A stretch of DNA of 64,000 nucleotides from Ignavibacteriota bacterium (GTDB taxonomy: Bacteria; Bacteroidota; Ignavibacteria; UBA10030), in the NCBI GenBank assembly GCA_963701295.1, contig OY969585.1, positions 64,001-128,000 of the forward strand, read 5' to 3'. Below the pieces are notes generated by a model. The model did no database searches, was not told the origin of the DNA, and saw only the letters and a list, made by a program, of their open reading frames with translations. A program made the translations under genes and the position numbers. How positions within the stretch are numbered: position 1 is the stretch's first letter; every line of letters begins with the position of its first letter. Below are positions 38,055 through 48,146 of this stretch, one piece after another.

Positions 38055-39023
38055 ATGGATTCAGTGCTGACCGGACAAAATATACCCAAAGCTTCAAAAG
38101 GTAGGTTGCAAAACCCAGGCGATTTTCTTTTTAAAAATCTTACGCGATTTTTTGCGGCACTCATACTTGTACTCGTAGTGCTCATGGCATATGAAATGAT
38201 GCGCACATCGGCATTATCATGGCATAAATTTGGATTTAACTTTTTTGTACGCAGCATCTGGGATCCAGTCCAGGATGAGTACGGCGCCCTTCCATTTATT
38301 TACGGAACATTGGTGTCGTCTCTGCTTTCTCTTCTTATTGCAGTTCCTTTGAGCCTGGGCATCGCTGTATTCTTGACCGAAGTAGCTCCACGGTGGCTTG
38401 AACGCCCGGTCTCGTTCTTTGTAGAAATGCTGGCGGGAATTCCCAGTATCGTGTACGGTGTATGGGGATTTTTCGTGATGGTTCCCTGGCTGCGCAGTAC
38501 CATAGAACCATTCATCTCAAATCATTTGGGATTCATTCCGCTTTTCCGCGGCGCACCGTACGGCGTCGGGATGCTTGCAGCCGGCTTCATTCTTTCGATC
38601 ATGATTTTGCCGATTATTGCATCTATCTCGCGGGACGTTCTGAAAGCAGTGCCTCGTTCGCAAACTGAAGCATCGCTGGCACTCGGTTCAACGCGCTGGC
38701 AGGCGACACGCATTGCATTGGCATATTCGCGTTCCGGCATTTTTGGCGCTGTCGTCCTTGGACTTGGGAGAGCAATCGGTGAAACTATGGCAGTGACAAT
38801 GGTTATCGGCAACCGCCCGACAATTTCGGCGTCTCTCTTTGAGCCGGGTTATACGATGGCAAGCGTGTTAGCGAATGAATTTACTGAAGCAACCTCGGAA
38901 ATGTACATTAGTGCGCTCGTTGAAATCGCGTTGACATTGTTCATCATCACTATCATTATCAATTCATTTGCGCGATTGCTTATATGGAGCGTCACTTCCA
39001 ATGAAAGAGCCCAAAAGGCATAA
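38055..39023 (+). CDS. pstC: Phosphate ABC transporter permease
   Basis: WDP..DEYGALPFIYGT, IPSIVYG, GRAIGETMAV, LANEF. Confidence 0.96.
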   Translation: MDSVLTGQNIPKASKGRLQNPGDFLFKNLTRFFAALILVLVVLMAYEMMRTSALSWHKFGFNFFVRSIWDPVQDEYGALPFIYGTLVSSLLSLLIAVPLSLGIAVFLTEVAPRWLERPVSFFVEMLAGIPSIVYGVWGFFVMVPWLRSTIEPFISNHLGFIPLFRGAPYGVGMLAAGFILSIMILPIIASISRDVLKAVPRSQTEASLALGSTRWQATRIALAYSRSGIFGAVVLGLGRAIGETMAVTMVIGNRPTISASLFEPGYTMASVLANEFTEATSEMYISALVEIALTLFIITIIINSFARLLIWSVTSNERAQKA

Positions 39024-39027
39024 GAGC

Positions 39028-39882
39028 ATGGAGAACTACCGATTTCATATTCGAAAATTTATAAGCCTGCTTATGTTCACATTGTGCGGATTAAGCGTGC
39101 TTGTAGCACTCGTTCCGCTCATTCTCATTTTTTATCGGACTGCCGCATTTGGATTTTCTGCTATCAATTGGGATTTTTTCACACAGATGCCCAAGCCTGT
39201 CGGTGAATCCGGCGGAGGCCTGGCAAATGCGATTGTCGGTACCATGATTCTTGTCGGATTAGGATCCTGCATGAGTTTGCCGATCGGTGTTATGGCGGGA
39301 ATTTATTTAGCCGAATACGGAAATAATTGGTTCGGACAATCCGTCCGTTTTTTGACAGATGTTTTGAACGGTGTTCCTTCTATTGTCACGGGTGTTGTCG
39401 CATATACCGTGGTTGTGCTGCCTATGAAACATTTTTCGGCATATGCCGGCGGTGTAGCGTTAGGCATTCTAATGATTCCGACTATTACCCGAACGACAGA
39501 AGAAATACTGAGGACCGTTCCGCATTCACTGCGGGAGGCCGCTCTAGCTCTTGGAATTCCCCGTTGGAAAACATCGCTTCAAATTGTCTTACGTACCGCA
39601 ATGAGCGGTGTTGTTACTGGTATACTGTTAGCCGTTGCAAGAGCGGCCGGAGAAACTGCGCCTCTGCTATTTACAGCGCTCAACAATCGTTTTTGGAACA
39701 CCTCCATGAATCAGCCGATGGCTTCGCTTACTGTCTTCATCTACAATTACGCGGTATCGCCGTTTGACGATTGGATTGCACAAGCTTGGGCAGGAACTTT
39801 CGTGTTGATGACATTAATTTTACTTCTAAGCCTGACGGTTCGGTTTGCTACACGCAATAAATTTGCCGGGAACCTATTATGA
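39028..39882 (+). CDS. pstA: Phosphate ABC transporter permease
   Basis: [37 protein letters not shown]. Confidence 0.96.
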   Translation: MENYRFHIRKFISLLMFTLCGLSVLVALVPLILIFYRTAAFGFSAINWDFFTQMPKPVGESGGGLANAIVGTMILVGLGSCMSLPIGVMAGIYLAEYGNNWFGQSVRFLTDVLNGVPSIVTGVVAYTVVVLPMKHFSAYAGGVALGILMIPTITRTTEEILRTVPHSLREAALALGIPRWKTSLQIVLRTAMSGVVTGILLAVARAAGETAPLLFTALNNRFWNTSMNQPMASLTVFIYNYAVSPFDDWIAQAWAGTFVLMTLILLLSLTVRFATRNKFAGNLL

Positions 39883-40709
39883 GAGATTATCCCGGAACAA
39901 CACAAACTTTCACCGAGATGGATACGATACCTGAAAATGGCAAAGGGATTCCTGTGGACCATAACAAAATAGTCGCAGAAAATGTATCGGCATTTTTTGG
40001 CAAGGTACAAGCAATTAAGGATATTCAAATAAGTATTCCGGAGAATTCAATTGTAGCCATCATCGGCCCTTCGGGCTGCGGCAAGTCGACATTCCTTCGT
40101 TCGATCAATCGAATGCATGAATTAATTCATGGAACAAGAGTCACAGGAAAGATTCTTCTTGATGGAGAAGATGTGTACAGTATGGATCCAGTGCTTATTC
40201 GAAAAAAGATTGGTATGGTATTCCAAAAACCCAACCCGTTTCCAACGATGTCTATTTTCGACAATGTCGCTGCGGGCTTACGCATGGGAGGTGCGCATGA
40301 CCGCAAGAATGTCGCGGAGATTGTCGAGCGAAGTCTTCAGCAAGCAGCGTTGTGGAATGAAGTGAAAGATTCACTTTCAAAGAGCGGGGTCGGTCTTTCG
40401 GGCGGACAGCAGCAGAGATTGTGTATTGCACGTGCACTCGCTGTTAATCCAGAAGTACTTTTGATGGATGAACCGGCAAGCGCTCTTGATCCGATTGCCA
40501 CTGCAAAAATTGAAGAACTCCTTTTTGAATTGAAAAAGCGTTATACGATTGTTATTGTCACACACAACATGCAGCAAGCAGCTCGCGTGAGCGATTATAC
40601 CGCTTTTTTTTATATGGGGGAACTGATCGAATACGATATAACAAAAAAGATATTCACGGCGCCATCGATTAAACAAACAGAAGATTATGTTACAGGAAGA
40701 TTTGGATAA
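39879..40709 (+). CDS. pstB: Phosphate ABC transporter ATPase
   Basis: [47 protein letters not shown]. Confidence 0.97.
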   Translation: MRDYPGTTQTFTEMDTIPENGKGIPVDHNKIVAENVSAFFGKVQAIKDIQISIPENSIVAIIGPSGCGKSTFLRSINRMHELIHGTRVTGKILLDGEDVYSMDPVLIRKKIGMVFQKPNPFPTMSIFDNVAAGLRMGGAHDRKNVAEIVERSLQQAALWNEVKDSLSKSGVGLSGGQQQRLCIARALAVNPEVLLMDEPASALDPIATAKIEELLFELKKRYTIVIVTHNMQQAARVSDYTAFFYMGELIEYDITKKIFTAPSIKQTEDYVTGRFG

Positions 40710-40728
40710 TAACGAGGAGAAAATAAAG

Positions 40729-41412
40729 ATGGATAGGCATTTTCAACATGAGCTGGAAAGTTTAAAAACAATACTCATCAAAATGGGAAGCATTGTCGAA
40801 GAAAATATTACCAATGCCCTTCAAGCATTGTTGGATCGAAATGAATCCCTTGCGCAAAAAGTTTTCGAAAACGAGGTGCGTATAAACACCCTTGAATTAG
40901 AGATAGACAATGCTATCATTGACTTGCTCGCACTCCAGCAGCCAGTCGCAAGCGACTTGCGGTTTATTATCGCAGCGCAAAAGATCAATAATGATCTCGA
41001 ACGTATCGGCGACCATGCAGTCAATATTGCAGAATCCGATTTAAACCTTCTCAAAATGAAACCATTAGATACTCTGTTAGAACTTCCCAAAATGGTAGTG
41101 ACGACAAAACTTATGCTGCGCAATGCACTTGACAGCTTTATCTTGCTGGATCCAAAAATGGCACAGACAGTGCTTGAAACCGACGACCAGATTGACAACC
41201 TCAACAGGTCTATGACATCAGAAGTTATTGAAATGCTTAGGTCAGATAAACGGTCAATAGAATGTGGATTGGAACTTATTCGCATCAGCCGAAATTTAGA
41301 ACGCGTTGCAGACATTGCCACTAACATCGCCGAGGATGTAATATTTCACACCCAAGCACGAGTTGTGAAACATCATGCAGAAGAAAAAGAATTAATTCAA
41401 ACCCGGCAGTAA
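40729..41412 (+). CDS. phoU: Phosphate signalling protein PhoU
   Basis: QQPVASDLR, DLERIGDHAVNIA, LERVAD..TNIAE; GAGGAG RBS before ATG 40729. Confidence 0.96.
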   Translation: MDRHFQHELESLKTILIKMGSIVEENITNALQALLDRNESLAQKVFENEVRINTLELEIDNAIIDLLALQQPVASDLRFIIAAQKINNDLERIGDHAVNIAESDLNLLKMKPLDTLLELPKMVVTTKLMLRNALDSFILLDPKMAQTVLETDDQIDNLNRSMTSEVIEMLRSDKRSIECGLELIRISRNLERVADIATNIAEDVIFHTQARVVKHHAEEKELIQTRQ

Positions 41413-41417
41413 CAATA

Positions 41418-41849
41418 CTATTTCAGATTAATAAGAATAACGCCGACTGAACTCAATATAATACCGACGATATTTATGAACGTTATCTCTTCTCTGTACC
41501 ACAGAACTCCAATGAATGCTAAAGCAATCGTAGTAAAAGAACCAGCGATGATTGATGTTGTACTTATTTTCCATCCAGTTCGATACGCGTACAGAAAACC
41601 CAATTCAACCATTACAAGAGAAAAACCTAATAACACAATCGGCTACCATTTTTGACTGTTGAACAATAATGTTCCTTTTTTAATTTCACTATTGAATATC
41701 AAAACTGCAACACAGCTCACGAATGCAATGAAATATGCCGATGCTATGGCAATGAGTGCATTCGCTTCTTTGGGAATATTTTTCTGACACACACTGTACA
41801 GTAAAACGCCAATTATGATAAGTGGGATGGAAAGAGTATGCCAATTCAT
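41418..41849 (-). pseudogene. EamA/DMT-like small membrane protein interrupted by in-frame TAG at 41643-41645
   Basis: ORFs 41643..41849 and 41418..41636 are in the same frame (TGG TAG CCG ATT GTG); joined 143 codons with ELGFLYAYRTGW and WYREEIT motifs. Confidence 0.72.
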
Positions 41850-41871
41850 AAATTATCTCCTAATTTTTGCT

Positions 41872-41931
41872 GCCTAACAGAATCACAATACGCAACGGGC
41901 GAAACCTGTCCGCTTCATTGCGATGTGAGGC
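41872..41931 (-). mobile_element. Degenerate attC-like site (60 bp)
   Basis: Minus GCCTCAC-ATCGCAATGAAGCGG...CCGTTGCGTATTGTGAT-TCT-GTTAGGC imperfect palindrome overlapping one gene end and preceding the next gene start. Confidence 0.45.
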
Positions 41932-42736
41932 CGAATCGCTGTCCTATTTTCGATAAGTACTCAAGCGCAACTTTTTCTGGCTCCCCTTCAGTTTCAGTGC
42001 CGTTCACATTCGGACGCAAAGATCGGTAGAGATCGACGGAGGCTCGGAGAGCACGAAGGCAATCGGCAGCCTCGTAGTTCGCAATTGTTCGGCGCAGTTC
42101 CACGGCAAATTCTGGCGCTAACATCTCAATCTTTCGAACGCCCGCCGGGCGGCGGCCCGCACGATAAAGGGCTAACGGACCGAGAACGTTCACTCGCAAG
42201 AATGAAAGAGACTCGATCGCTTCAAACAGTTCACCTCGGCCGATTTTTGTCGCAACGTAATGCACCCAAATCCAGAAACGCTCTTCGATCCACCGCGGGT
42301 TCGGGATCGGGTACTCCGGCTTCCCTTGCTTTAGCACCCTAGTGAAACGTCCTTCGCGCTCCCAGAGGATGGCTGGATCCTCGACTCGCTTGGCAACGTC
42401 TTCAAGAGATACAAACTTCAGATCGATGTGCAAGAGGGGTTCATCATACAGACAGATGAGCAGCCGCGGCTCGCTGACATGTTCGCCGGTAAATGCTGCC
42501 ACGAGATGCCCCAACGAAGCGGCAATTGTTTGGCGCTCGGCCATTACACTCAAGTACTCGTGCGGTTCGATGGCGATGATGAGATCGAGGTCGCTAAATT
42601 CGTCCATGGAATTGGTGAGATACGACCCGCCTGCCGCGACACCCACGATCCGACTGTCAGCGCTCAATAGCTCAACTAACCTGCGGAGAAATTGCCAATG
42701 CGGCTTAGGAACAGTATTGAAGATTTCTTTAATCAT
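41915..42736 (-). CDS. Pol-beta-type nucleotidyltransferase (aminoglycoside/lincosamide adenylyltransferase-like fold)
   Basis: GGSYL..SMDEFSDLDL motif, HIDLKF, helical C-domain ERFWIWVHY...GRGELFEA. Confidence 0.8.
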   Translation of the reverse strand: MIKEIFNTVPKPHWQFLRRLVELLSADSRIVGVAAGGSYLTNSMDEFSDLDLIIAIEPHEYLSVMAERQTIAASLGHLVAAFTGEHVSEPRLLICLYDEPLLHIDLKFVSLEDVAKRVEDPAILWEREGRFTRVLKQGKPEYPIPNPRWIEERFWIWVHYVATKIGRGELFEAIESLSFLRVNVLGPLALYRAGRRPAGVRKIEMLAPEFAVELRRTIANYEAADCLRALRASVDLYRSLRPNVNGTETEGEPEKVALEYLSKIGQRFGLTSQ

Positions 42737-43035
42737 GTCGATCCTCTGTCGATCTAACAGATGGCAACTATATTACTGTAGTTTATTAATATCACACGCA
42801 ATAGCGTGTGCCTGAAGCTACGCAGATCTATGATAGAACTTAAAATGTACCATCGCACGACCTGAGTTCCATGTATTTTACTTTTAAGTTTCACAGAAGC
42901 TCTACATGTCATGATTTTTGCATGCAATAAATTTGTATGGCACTTCGTACAATTATATTTTTAAGCCTCCGGCCGTGATGTATTCTTCTGGACAAGCCGA
43001 GTGAGCGCCACAGGCGCCATCCTGCTACATTAGAA

Positions 43036-43626
43036 TTAATATTGATAGCAGGATTTGAGCGGCATATTAGGTATTTTCATAATTGCAGACCAACAGAAAG
43101 GCAATCGAGGTCCTTGGTCTATTTTGAATCCAACATTTTCAGCAATTTTCTTTGTTAATTCAAAACCTTTTCGGGATACATGAAATAATTTTGGTTCTAC
43201 AATTAAGACTTGTCCATTTTCATTCAAGATAGATCTCAGCTCTTTAAAAAACGGTTCTTTGTTGGGGATTTCATGAACCATAAAAAATGCTAACCCAAAA
43301 TCAATCTTTTCTGACACATTTATTTTATCTTTGCCACACTTTACAAGTTTGATTCTCTTTTCTAATTCTGTTCCACGAATTTTGTTGGCAAGTTTTTGCA
43401 GCATTCCATCTTGCAAATCAGCCGAGACTACTTTTCCATTCCTGCCAACCATTTTTGCTAACTCAACAGAAAAAAAACCAGGGCCACATCCAACATCGAG
43501 AACGGTCATTCCTTCTCGAATATAAGGAGACAGTATCTTTTGTGGGTTTTGCAACCACTTCCTAATTTTGCCGTCGAGTGAATTCGCAAGCTCAACAGGA
43601 CAAACACGATTTCTATCATTATCCAT
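43036..43626 (-). CDS. Class I SAM-dependent methyltransferase
   Basis: VLDVGCGPGFF, ADLQ..ML, MVHEIP; GGAG RBS before ATG 43626. Confidence 0.9.
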   Translation of the reverse strand: MDNDRNRVCPVELANSLDGKIRKWLQNPQKILSPYIREGMTVLDVGCGPGFFSVELAKMVGRNGKVVSADLQDGMLQKLANKIRGTELEKRIKLVKCGKDKINVSEKIDFGLAFFMVHEIPNKEPFFKELRSILNENGQVLIVEPKLFHVSRKGFELTKKIAENVGFKIDQGPRLPFCWSAIMKIPNMPLKSCYQY

Positions 43627-43881
43627 ATATTCTCCAATAATAAAAAAAATAAACATGGTATTCGGTTGACTGAGTCGACCATATGCGGCTATGAAGTTGT
43701 ACATAGCAGACATAATTTTTCTTCTTCCCAAACGCTGTTTCTTCAATATGCATCATAAATTTAAATCAGCAAAGATTGCTTAATACCATGGTAACCTCGG
43801 GAACAGAGATAATATGTTTTTTCTTGAGTATAATGTCAAGAAGTGTACTGGGGCGTATGTTATTAAAGTTTCGAACCATTC

Positions 43882-43928
43882 TTAACAATTTCATAACATC
43901 TTGTTTACAGAATGTTTACGTATATTTG
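43882..43928 (+). promoter_or_regulatory. Pho-box-like array plus -10-like element of pst operon 2
   Basis: TTAAC(43882) ATAAC(43893) TTTAC(43904) TTTAC(43915), then TATATTTG at 43921. Confidence 0.82.
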
Positions 43929-43967
43929 AAACATTAAATGATTCATAATTTCATAAGGAATTCAAGT

Positions 43968-44837
43968 ATGACTAAATCATCACATTTCATTATTGGCACA
44001 ACTCTGACGCTACTCTTTCTCAGCGGCTGTGCAAGGAAGAGCAATGAACAATCCAATGCCCTGCAAATTAAAGGGTCCGACACCATGGTAAATCTCGGAC
44101 AGGCTTGGGCTGAAGCATATATGAAACTAAATCCGGGAACATCTATTGCAGTAACGGGCGGCGGCTCCGGAACAGGGATATCAGCGATAGTGAACAATAC
44201 ATGCGATATCGCAGAAGTATCGCGTGAGATGAAAGAGAGTGAAATCAAACTTGTTGAATCAAAAGGATTTACTCCAAAAAAAATTATTGTTGCTCTGGAC
44301 GGCCTTGCTGTTGTAGTGAATCCGGCAAATAAAATCTCCGAACTCATGATCGACCAGCTTGCTGATGTGTTTACGGGAAAGATTAAGAATTGGAAAGAAC
44401 TCGGTGGACGCGATGCAAAGATCGTACTACTCTCTCGCGAAGTCAACTCTGGAACGCATGTATATTTTAAAGAACATGTTCTCCGCCACGGGATAGCAGA
44501 TGGGAAAGAAGAATTTGCACCGGAAGCGCTGCTCCTTTCAAGCTCTCAGGCAATTGCCGATGAGGTGTCGCAAAATCATGATGCAATCGGATACTACGGC
44601 ATGGGATATATCACATCAAAGGAGAAAGCCTTGAAGATTTCGAAGGAAAAGAATTCCCCGGCAGAAGCTCCTACAATGGAAAATGTTATCAGTAATGCTT
44701 ATCCCATTTCACGTCCGCTTTTGATGTACACGAAAGGCGAACCGCAAGGTCTAGTAAAGAAGTTTATTGACTATATTCTTTCTCCTGCTGGGCAAGAGAT
44801 AGTGAAAAAACTGGATTTCGTTCCGGTGCAAAAGTAA
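43968..44837 (+). CDS. pstS: Phosphate-binding lipoprotein (second PstS family)
   Basis: Lipobox LSGC; IKGSDTM, GGGSGTG, ALDGLAVVVN, SRE.NSGT, YPISRPL. Confidence 0.94.
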   Translation: MTKSSHFIIGTTLTLLFLSGCARKSNEQSNALQIKGSDTMVNLGQAWAEAYMKLNPGTSIAVTGGGSGTGISAIVNNTCDIAEVSREMKESEIKLVESKGFTPKKIIVALDGLAVVVNPANKISELMIDQLADVFTGKIKNWKELGGRDAKIVLLSREVNSGTHVYFKEHVLRHGIADGKEEFAPEALLLSSSQAIADEVSQNHDAIGYYGMGYITSKEKALKISKEKNSPAEAPTMENVISNAYPISRPLLMYTKGEPQGLVKKFIDYILSPAGQEIVKKLDFVPVQK

Positions 44838-44856
44838 TCATCATTTCACTTGCACA

Positions 44857-45753
44857 GTGCTCAAGCGAATGGACCTTCGTATTAGAATTCAGAAAATAAG
44901 AGAATTCATCATTGAACGGATGATTTCTCTCAGTGCGATTCTGTCCATCATCATTGTAGCATTGATCTTTGCATTTCTCTTGAAAGAGGGGCTGTCCATC
45001 TTCTGGCGGGTTCCTCTTTCCGATTTTTTATTCGCACGAAATTGGTATCCTATTTCCGAACCTCCGCAATTCGGAATTTTGCCTCTGATCCTCGGTTCAA
45101 TTCTCGTCACGGCAGGCGCGGGAATAATTTCGATTCCCATCGGAATCGCCAGCGCACTCTTCATAGCAGAAATCGCCCCGCGTAAAACGAAAGAAGTGAT
45201 GAAAGCCGGCATTGAACTCCTTGCAGCTATTCCTTCTGTCGTCATAGGTTTTATCGGAATGATAACGCTTGGCCCGATGATAAAAACGATATTCAATCTT
45301 TCTACCGGCCTCACCGCATTATCAGGCTCTATCACGCTCGCATTTATGGCAATGCCGACGATTGTTTCCATTGCAGAGGATGCGATTACAGCCGTACCCC
45401 GTCAGTACCGCGAAGCGGCAATTGCCATGGGAGCTACAAAGTGGCAAACCACATGGCGCATTGTTGCATACGCCGCCCGTCCAGGAATGCTTGCCGCGGT
45501 CATGCTTGGTATCGGAAGAGTAATCGGTGAAACGATGGCAGTTATGATGGTAACCGGAAACGCCGCACTCATTCCCCACAGCATCCTTCAACCTGTGCGT
45601 ACGTTGACTGCAACCGTTGCGGCTGAAATGGGTGAGACAGTTCAAGGCGGTGAACATTACGCTGCACTCTTTGCAATCGGCATCGTCTTATTCATCATTA
45701 CTTTCTTAATTAACGGTGTAGCAGATATTTATCTCAATAAAACAAAGAAATAG
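44857..45753 (+). CDS. pstC: Phosphate ABC transporter permease
   Basis: WYP...PQFGILPLI.GS, IPSVVIG, GRVIGETMAV, AEMGE. Confidence 0.94.
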   Translation: MLKRMDLRIRIQKIREFIIERMISLSAILSIIIVALIFAFLLKEGLSIFWRVPLSDFLFARNWYPISEPPQFGILPLILGSILVTAGAGIISIPIGIASALFIAEIAPRKTKEVMKAGIELLAAIPSVVIGFIGMITLGPMIKTIFNLSTGLTALSGSITLAFMAMPTIVSIAEDAITAVPRQYREAAIAMGATKWQTTWRIVAYAARPGMLAAVMLGIGRVIGETMAVMMVTGNAALIPHSILQPVRTLTATVAAEMGETVQGGEHYAALFAIGIVLFIITFLINGVADIYLNKTKK

Positions 45754-46616
45754 TGAGCCCGGATAAATTTATGAATGTCCAAGTAGAACAAAAGATTGCT
45801 TTCAGTATTCTCTTCTTCTGCACATTGCTGGTCATTCTACCGGTTCTGGTGATTCTTTTTATTATATTCGCCAGAGGAATCAGTGCCATAGATATTTCGT
45901 TTCTTACCGAGATGCCGACGAACGGAATGACTGCCGGTGGTATTTTGCCTGCAATTCTTGGCACACTCTATCTTGTGCTTGGAGCAATTCTCTTTGCTGT
46001 ACCGTTGGGAGTTCTCTCCGCAATTTATCTTGTTGAGTATTCGCGTGAAAACATATTAAGCCGTATTGTGAAACTCGCGATTGTCAATCTTGCCGGAGTT
46101 CCATCGGTGGTCTATGGTCTCTTCGGATTAGGCATCTTTGTTTTGTTCTTAGGATTTGGCGCATCGATTCTTTCCGGTTCGCTGACTTTAGGAATTATGA
46201 TTTTGCCGGTGATCATTACTGCATCTCGTGAAGCGTTGGAGAGTGTTCCAAAATCATTTCGCATTGTCAGTCTATCACTCGGTGCGAGTAAATGGCAAAC
46301 GATTCGACATTCTGTGCTGCCGCATGCACTCCCGGGCATTCTCACCGGGACCATTCTCGGCCTCGGCCGAGCTGCGGGTGAGACAGCTCCCATCTTGTTT
46401 ACTGTTGCAGCGTTCTATCTTCCAAAACTGCCGACCTCGTTATTCGACCAAACAATGGCGCTGCCGTATCATCTGTATGTTATTTCCACACAGGTTCCGG
46501 GTATTCCGGAAAACGTTCGTTACGGAACTGCCCTTGTTCTCCTTTTACTGGTATTACTTTTAAATCTCACTGCCATTATTCTGCGATACCAATTCAGAAA
46601 GCGCAAAAAATGGTAG
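45753..46616 (+). CDS. pstA: Phosphate ABC transporter permease
   Basis: [38 protein letters not shown]. Confidence 0.94.
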   Translation: MSPDKFMNVQVEQKIAFSILFFCTLLVILPVLVILFIIFARGISAIDISFLTEMPTNGMTAGGILPAILGTLYLVLGAILFAVPLGVLSAIYLVEYSRENILSRIVKLAIVNLAGVPSVVYGLFGLGIFVLFLGFGASILSGSLTLGIMILPVIITASREALESVPKSFRIVSLSLGASKWQTIRHSVLPHALPGILTGTILGLGRAAGETAPILFTVAAFYLPKLPTSLFDQTMALPYHLYVISTQVPGIPENVRYGTALVLLLLVLLLNLTAIILRYQFRKRKKW

Positions 46617-47372
46617 AGACCGAGAGAGTAAAAATTTCTATCCGCGATTTTTCTATTCACTTTGGTGATGTCACAGCACTCAAAGGGTTAAATCTTGATA
46701 TTTATAAAAATGAAATATTTACGATCATCGGTCCGGCGAACTCAGGAAAATCATCATTACTGCAATCATTAAATCGCTTGAATGATCTCACTCCGTCATA
46801 TAAAAGAACCGGCACGATTCTTATTGATGACCAAGAGATAGACTCTGTCGATGTGGAATCACTTCGCAAAAGAGTCAGCATCGTGTTTGCATTGCCCTTT
46901 CCACTTCCAATATCCATCTTTGATAATATTGCCTACGGACCGCGTATGCACGGCGTTAAAAACAAATTGAGGCTTGCCGAGATCATTGAAAAGGGATTGC
47001 GTGAAGCATATCTTTGGGATGAGGTAAAAGATCGGCTCGATTTGCCTGCGATGAACCTTTCTGGCGGTCAGCAGCAGCGATTATGTATTGCGCGCATATT
47101 AGCAGTTGAGCCGGAAATTATTATGTTCGACGAACCAACATCTGGTCTCGATCCGATTTCTACAGCACGTGTCGAAGAAACCCTACGAGTACCTGAAAGA
47201 ACGTTACACGATTATTCTTGTAACAAACAATGTTGCTCAGGCAGCTCGTGTAGGTGATAGAACAGCATTTCTCTTGATGGGAGAGCTGATTGAATTAAAT
47301 GAAACAAAACGCCTATTCACAATGGCGCAGGATAAACGCACCGATGATTATCTTACCGGGAAATTCGGATGA
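46610..47372 (+). pseudogene. pstB: Phosphate ABC ATPase PstB, +1 frameshift near 47192
   Basis: [27 protein letters not shown]; removing one C in GTACCTGAAA restores ...[13 protein letters not shown]...TGKFG (253 aa). Confidence 0.85.
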
Positions 47373-48132
47373 GTACAGATAAACCAATCATCGAAGCGCG
47401 TCATCTCAATTTATTCTACGGGAAATTCCAGGCACTTATCGATATAGGCCTCGTGATCGAACAACAGCACATTACCGCTTTGATCGGGCCTTCGGGATGC
47501 GGCAAATCGACACTTGTGCGTGTATTCAATCGAATGAATGATTTGATTGAAGGAGTTCGGGTCAACGGAGAGGTAACGGTTCAGGGTGACAATATTTTTG
47601 CTCCGGAAACCGATCTCATAGCGCTGCGAAGAAAAGTCGGCATGGTATTCCAGCGGCCAAACCCATTTCCGTTATCTGTTCGAGATAATCTTACATTCGG
47701 CCTTGAGATTCATCGCGAGCACTCAAAAAAGAACCACTCTGGTATCATCGAGCAATCATTAAAAGACGTATCCTTTGGGATGATTTGAAAGATCGCCTCG
47801 ATCAATCTGCGCTGCGCCTTTCTCTGGAACAACAGCAGCGCTTGTGTATTGCGCGTGTCTTGGCAATGAAACCGCAAATCATTCTTATGGATGAGCCATG
47901 TTCAACGCTCGATCCCATTGCAACATTGAAGATTGAAGAACTGATGCAAGAATTAAAAAAGGATTATACAATCGTCATAGTCACACACAACATGCAGCAA
48001 GCCGCGCGCGCCAGTGATTACACCGCATTTCTTTATATCGGCAAATTGATAGAGTTTGGAGAAACAAAACGCATCTTTTCTGCCCCGGAAGAAAAACAAA
48101 CGGAAGATTATATTACAGGAAGATTTGGATAA
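47369..48132 (+). pseudogene. pstB: Phosphate ABC ATPase PstB, -1 frameshift near 47771-47779
   Basis: [18 protein letters not shown] then [10 protein letters not shown]...TGRFG in another frame; adding one base restores LWDDLKDRL (254 aa). Confidence 0.85.
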
Positions 48133-48146
48133 GAGGAGATACCGCT

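Noticed and set aside
41643-41645. Pyrrolysine or genome-wide TAG recoding
   Set aside because: TAG terminates several intact genes here (e.g. porin, phoU, sensors) and no pyl genes are visible
41915-42736. Naming a specific antibiotic resistance gene (aadK/lnu)
   Set aside because: Only the generic nucleotidyltransferase motif is visible; substrate cannot be inferred
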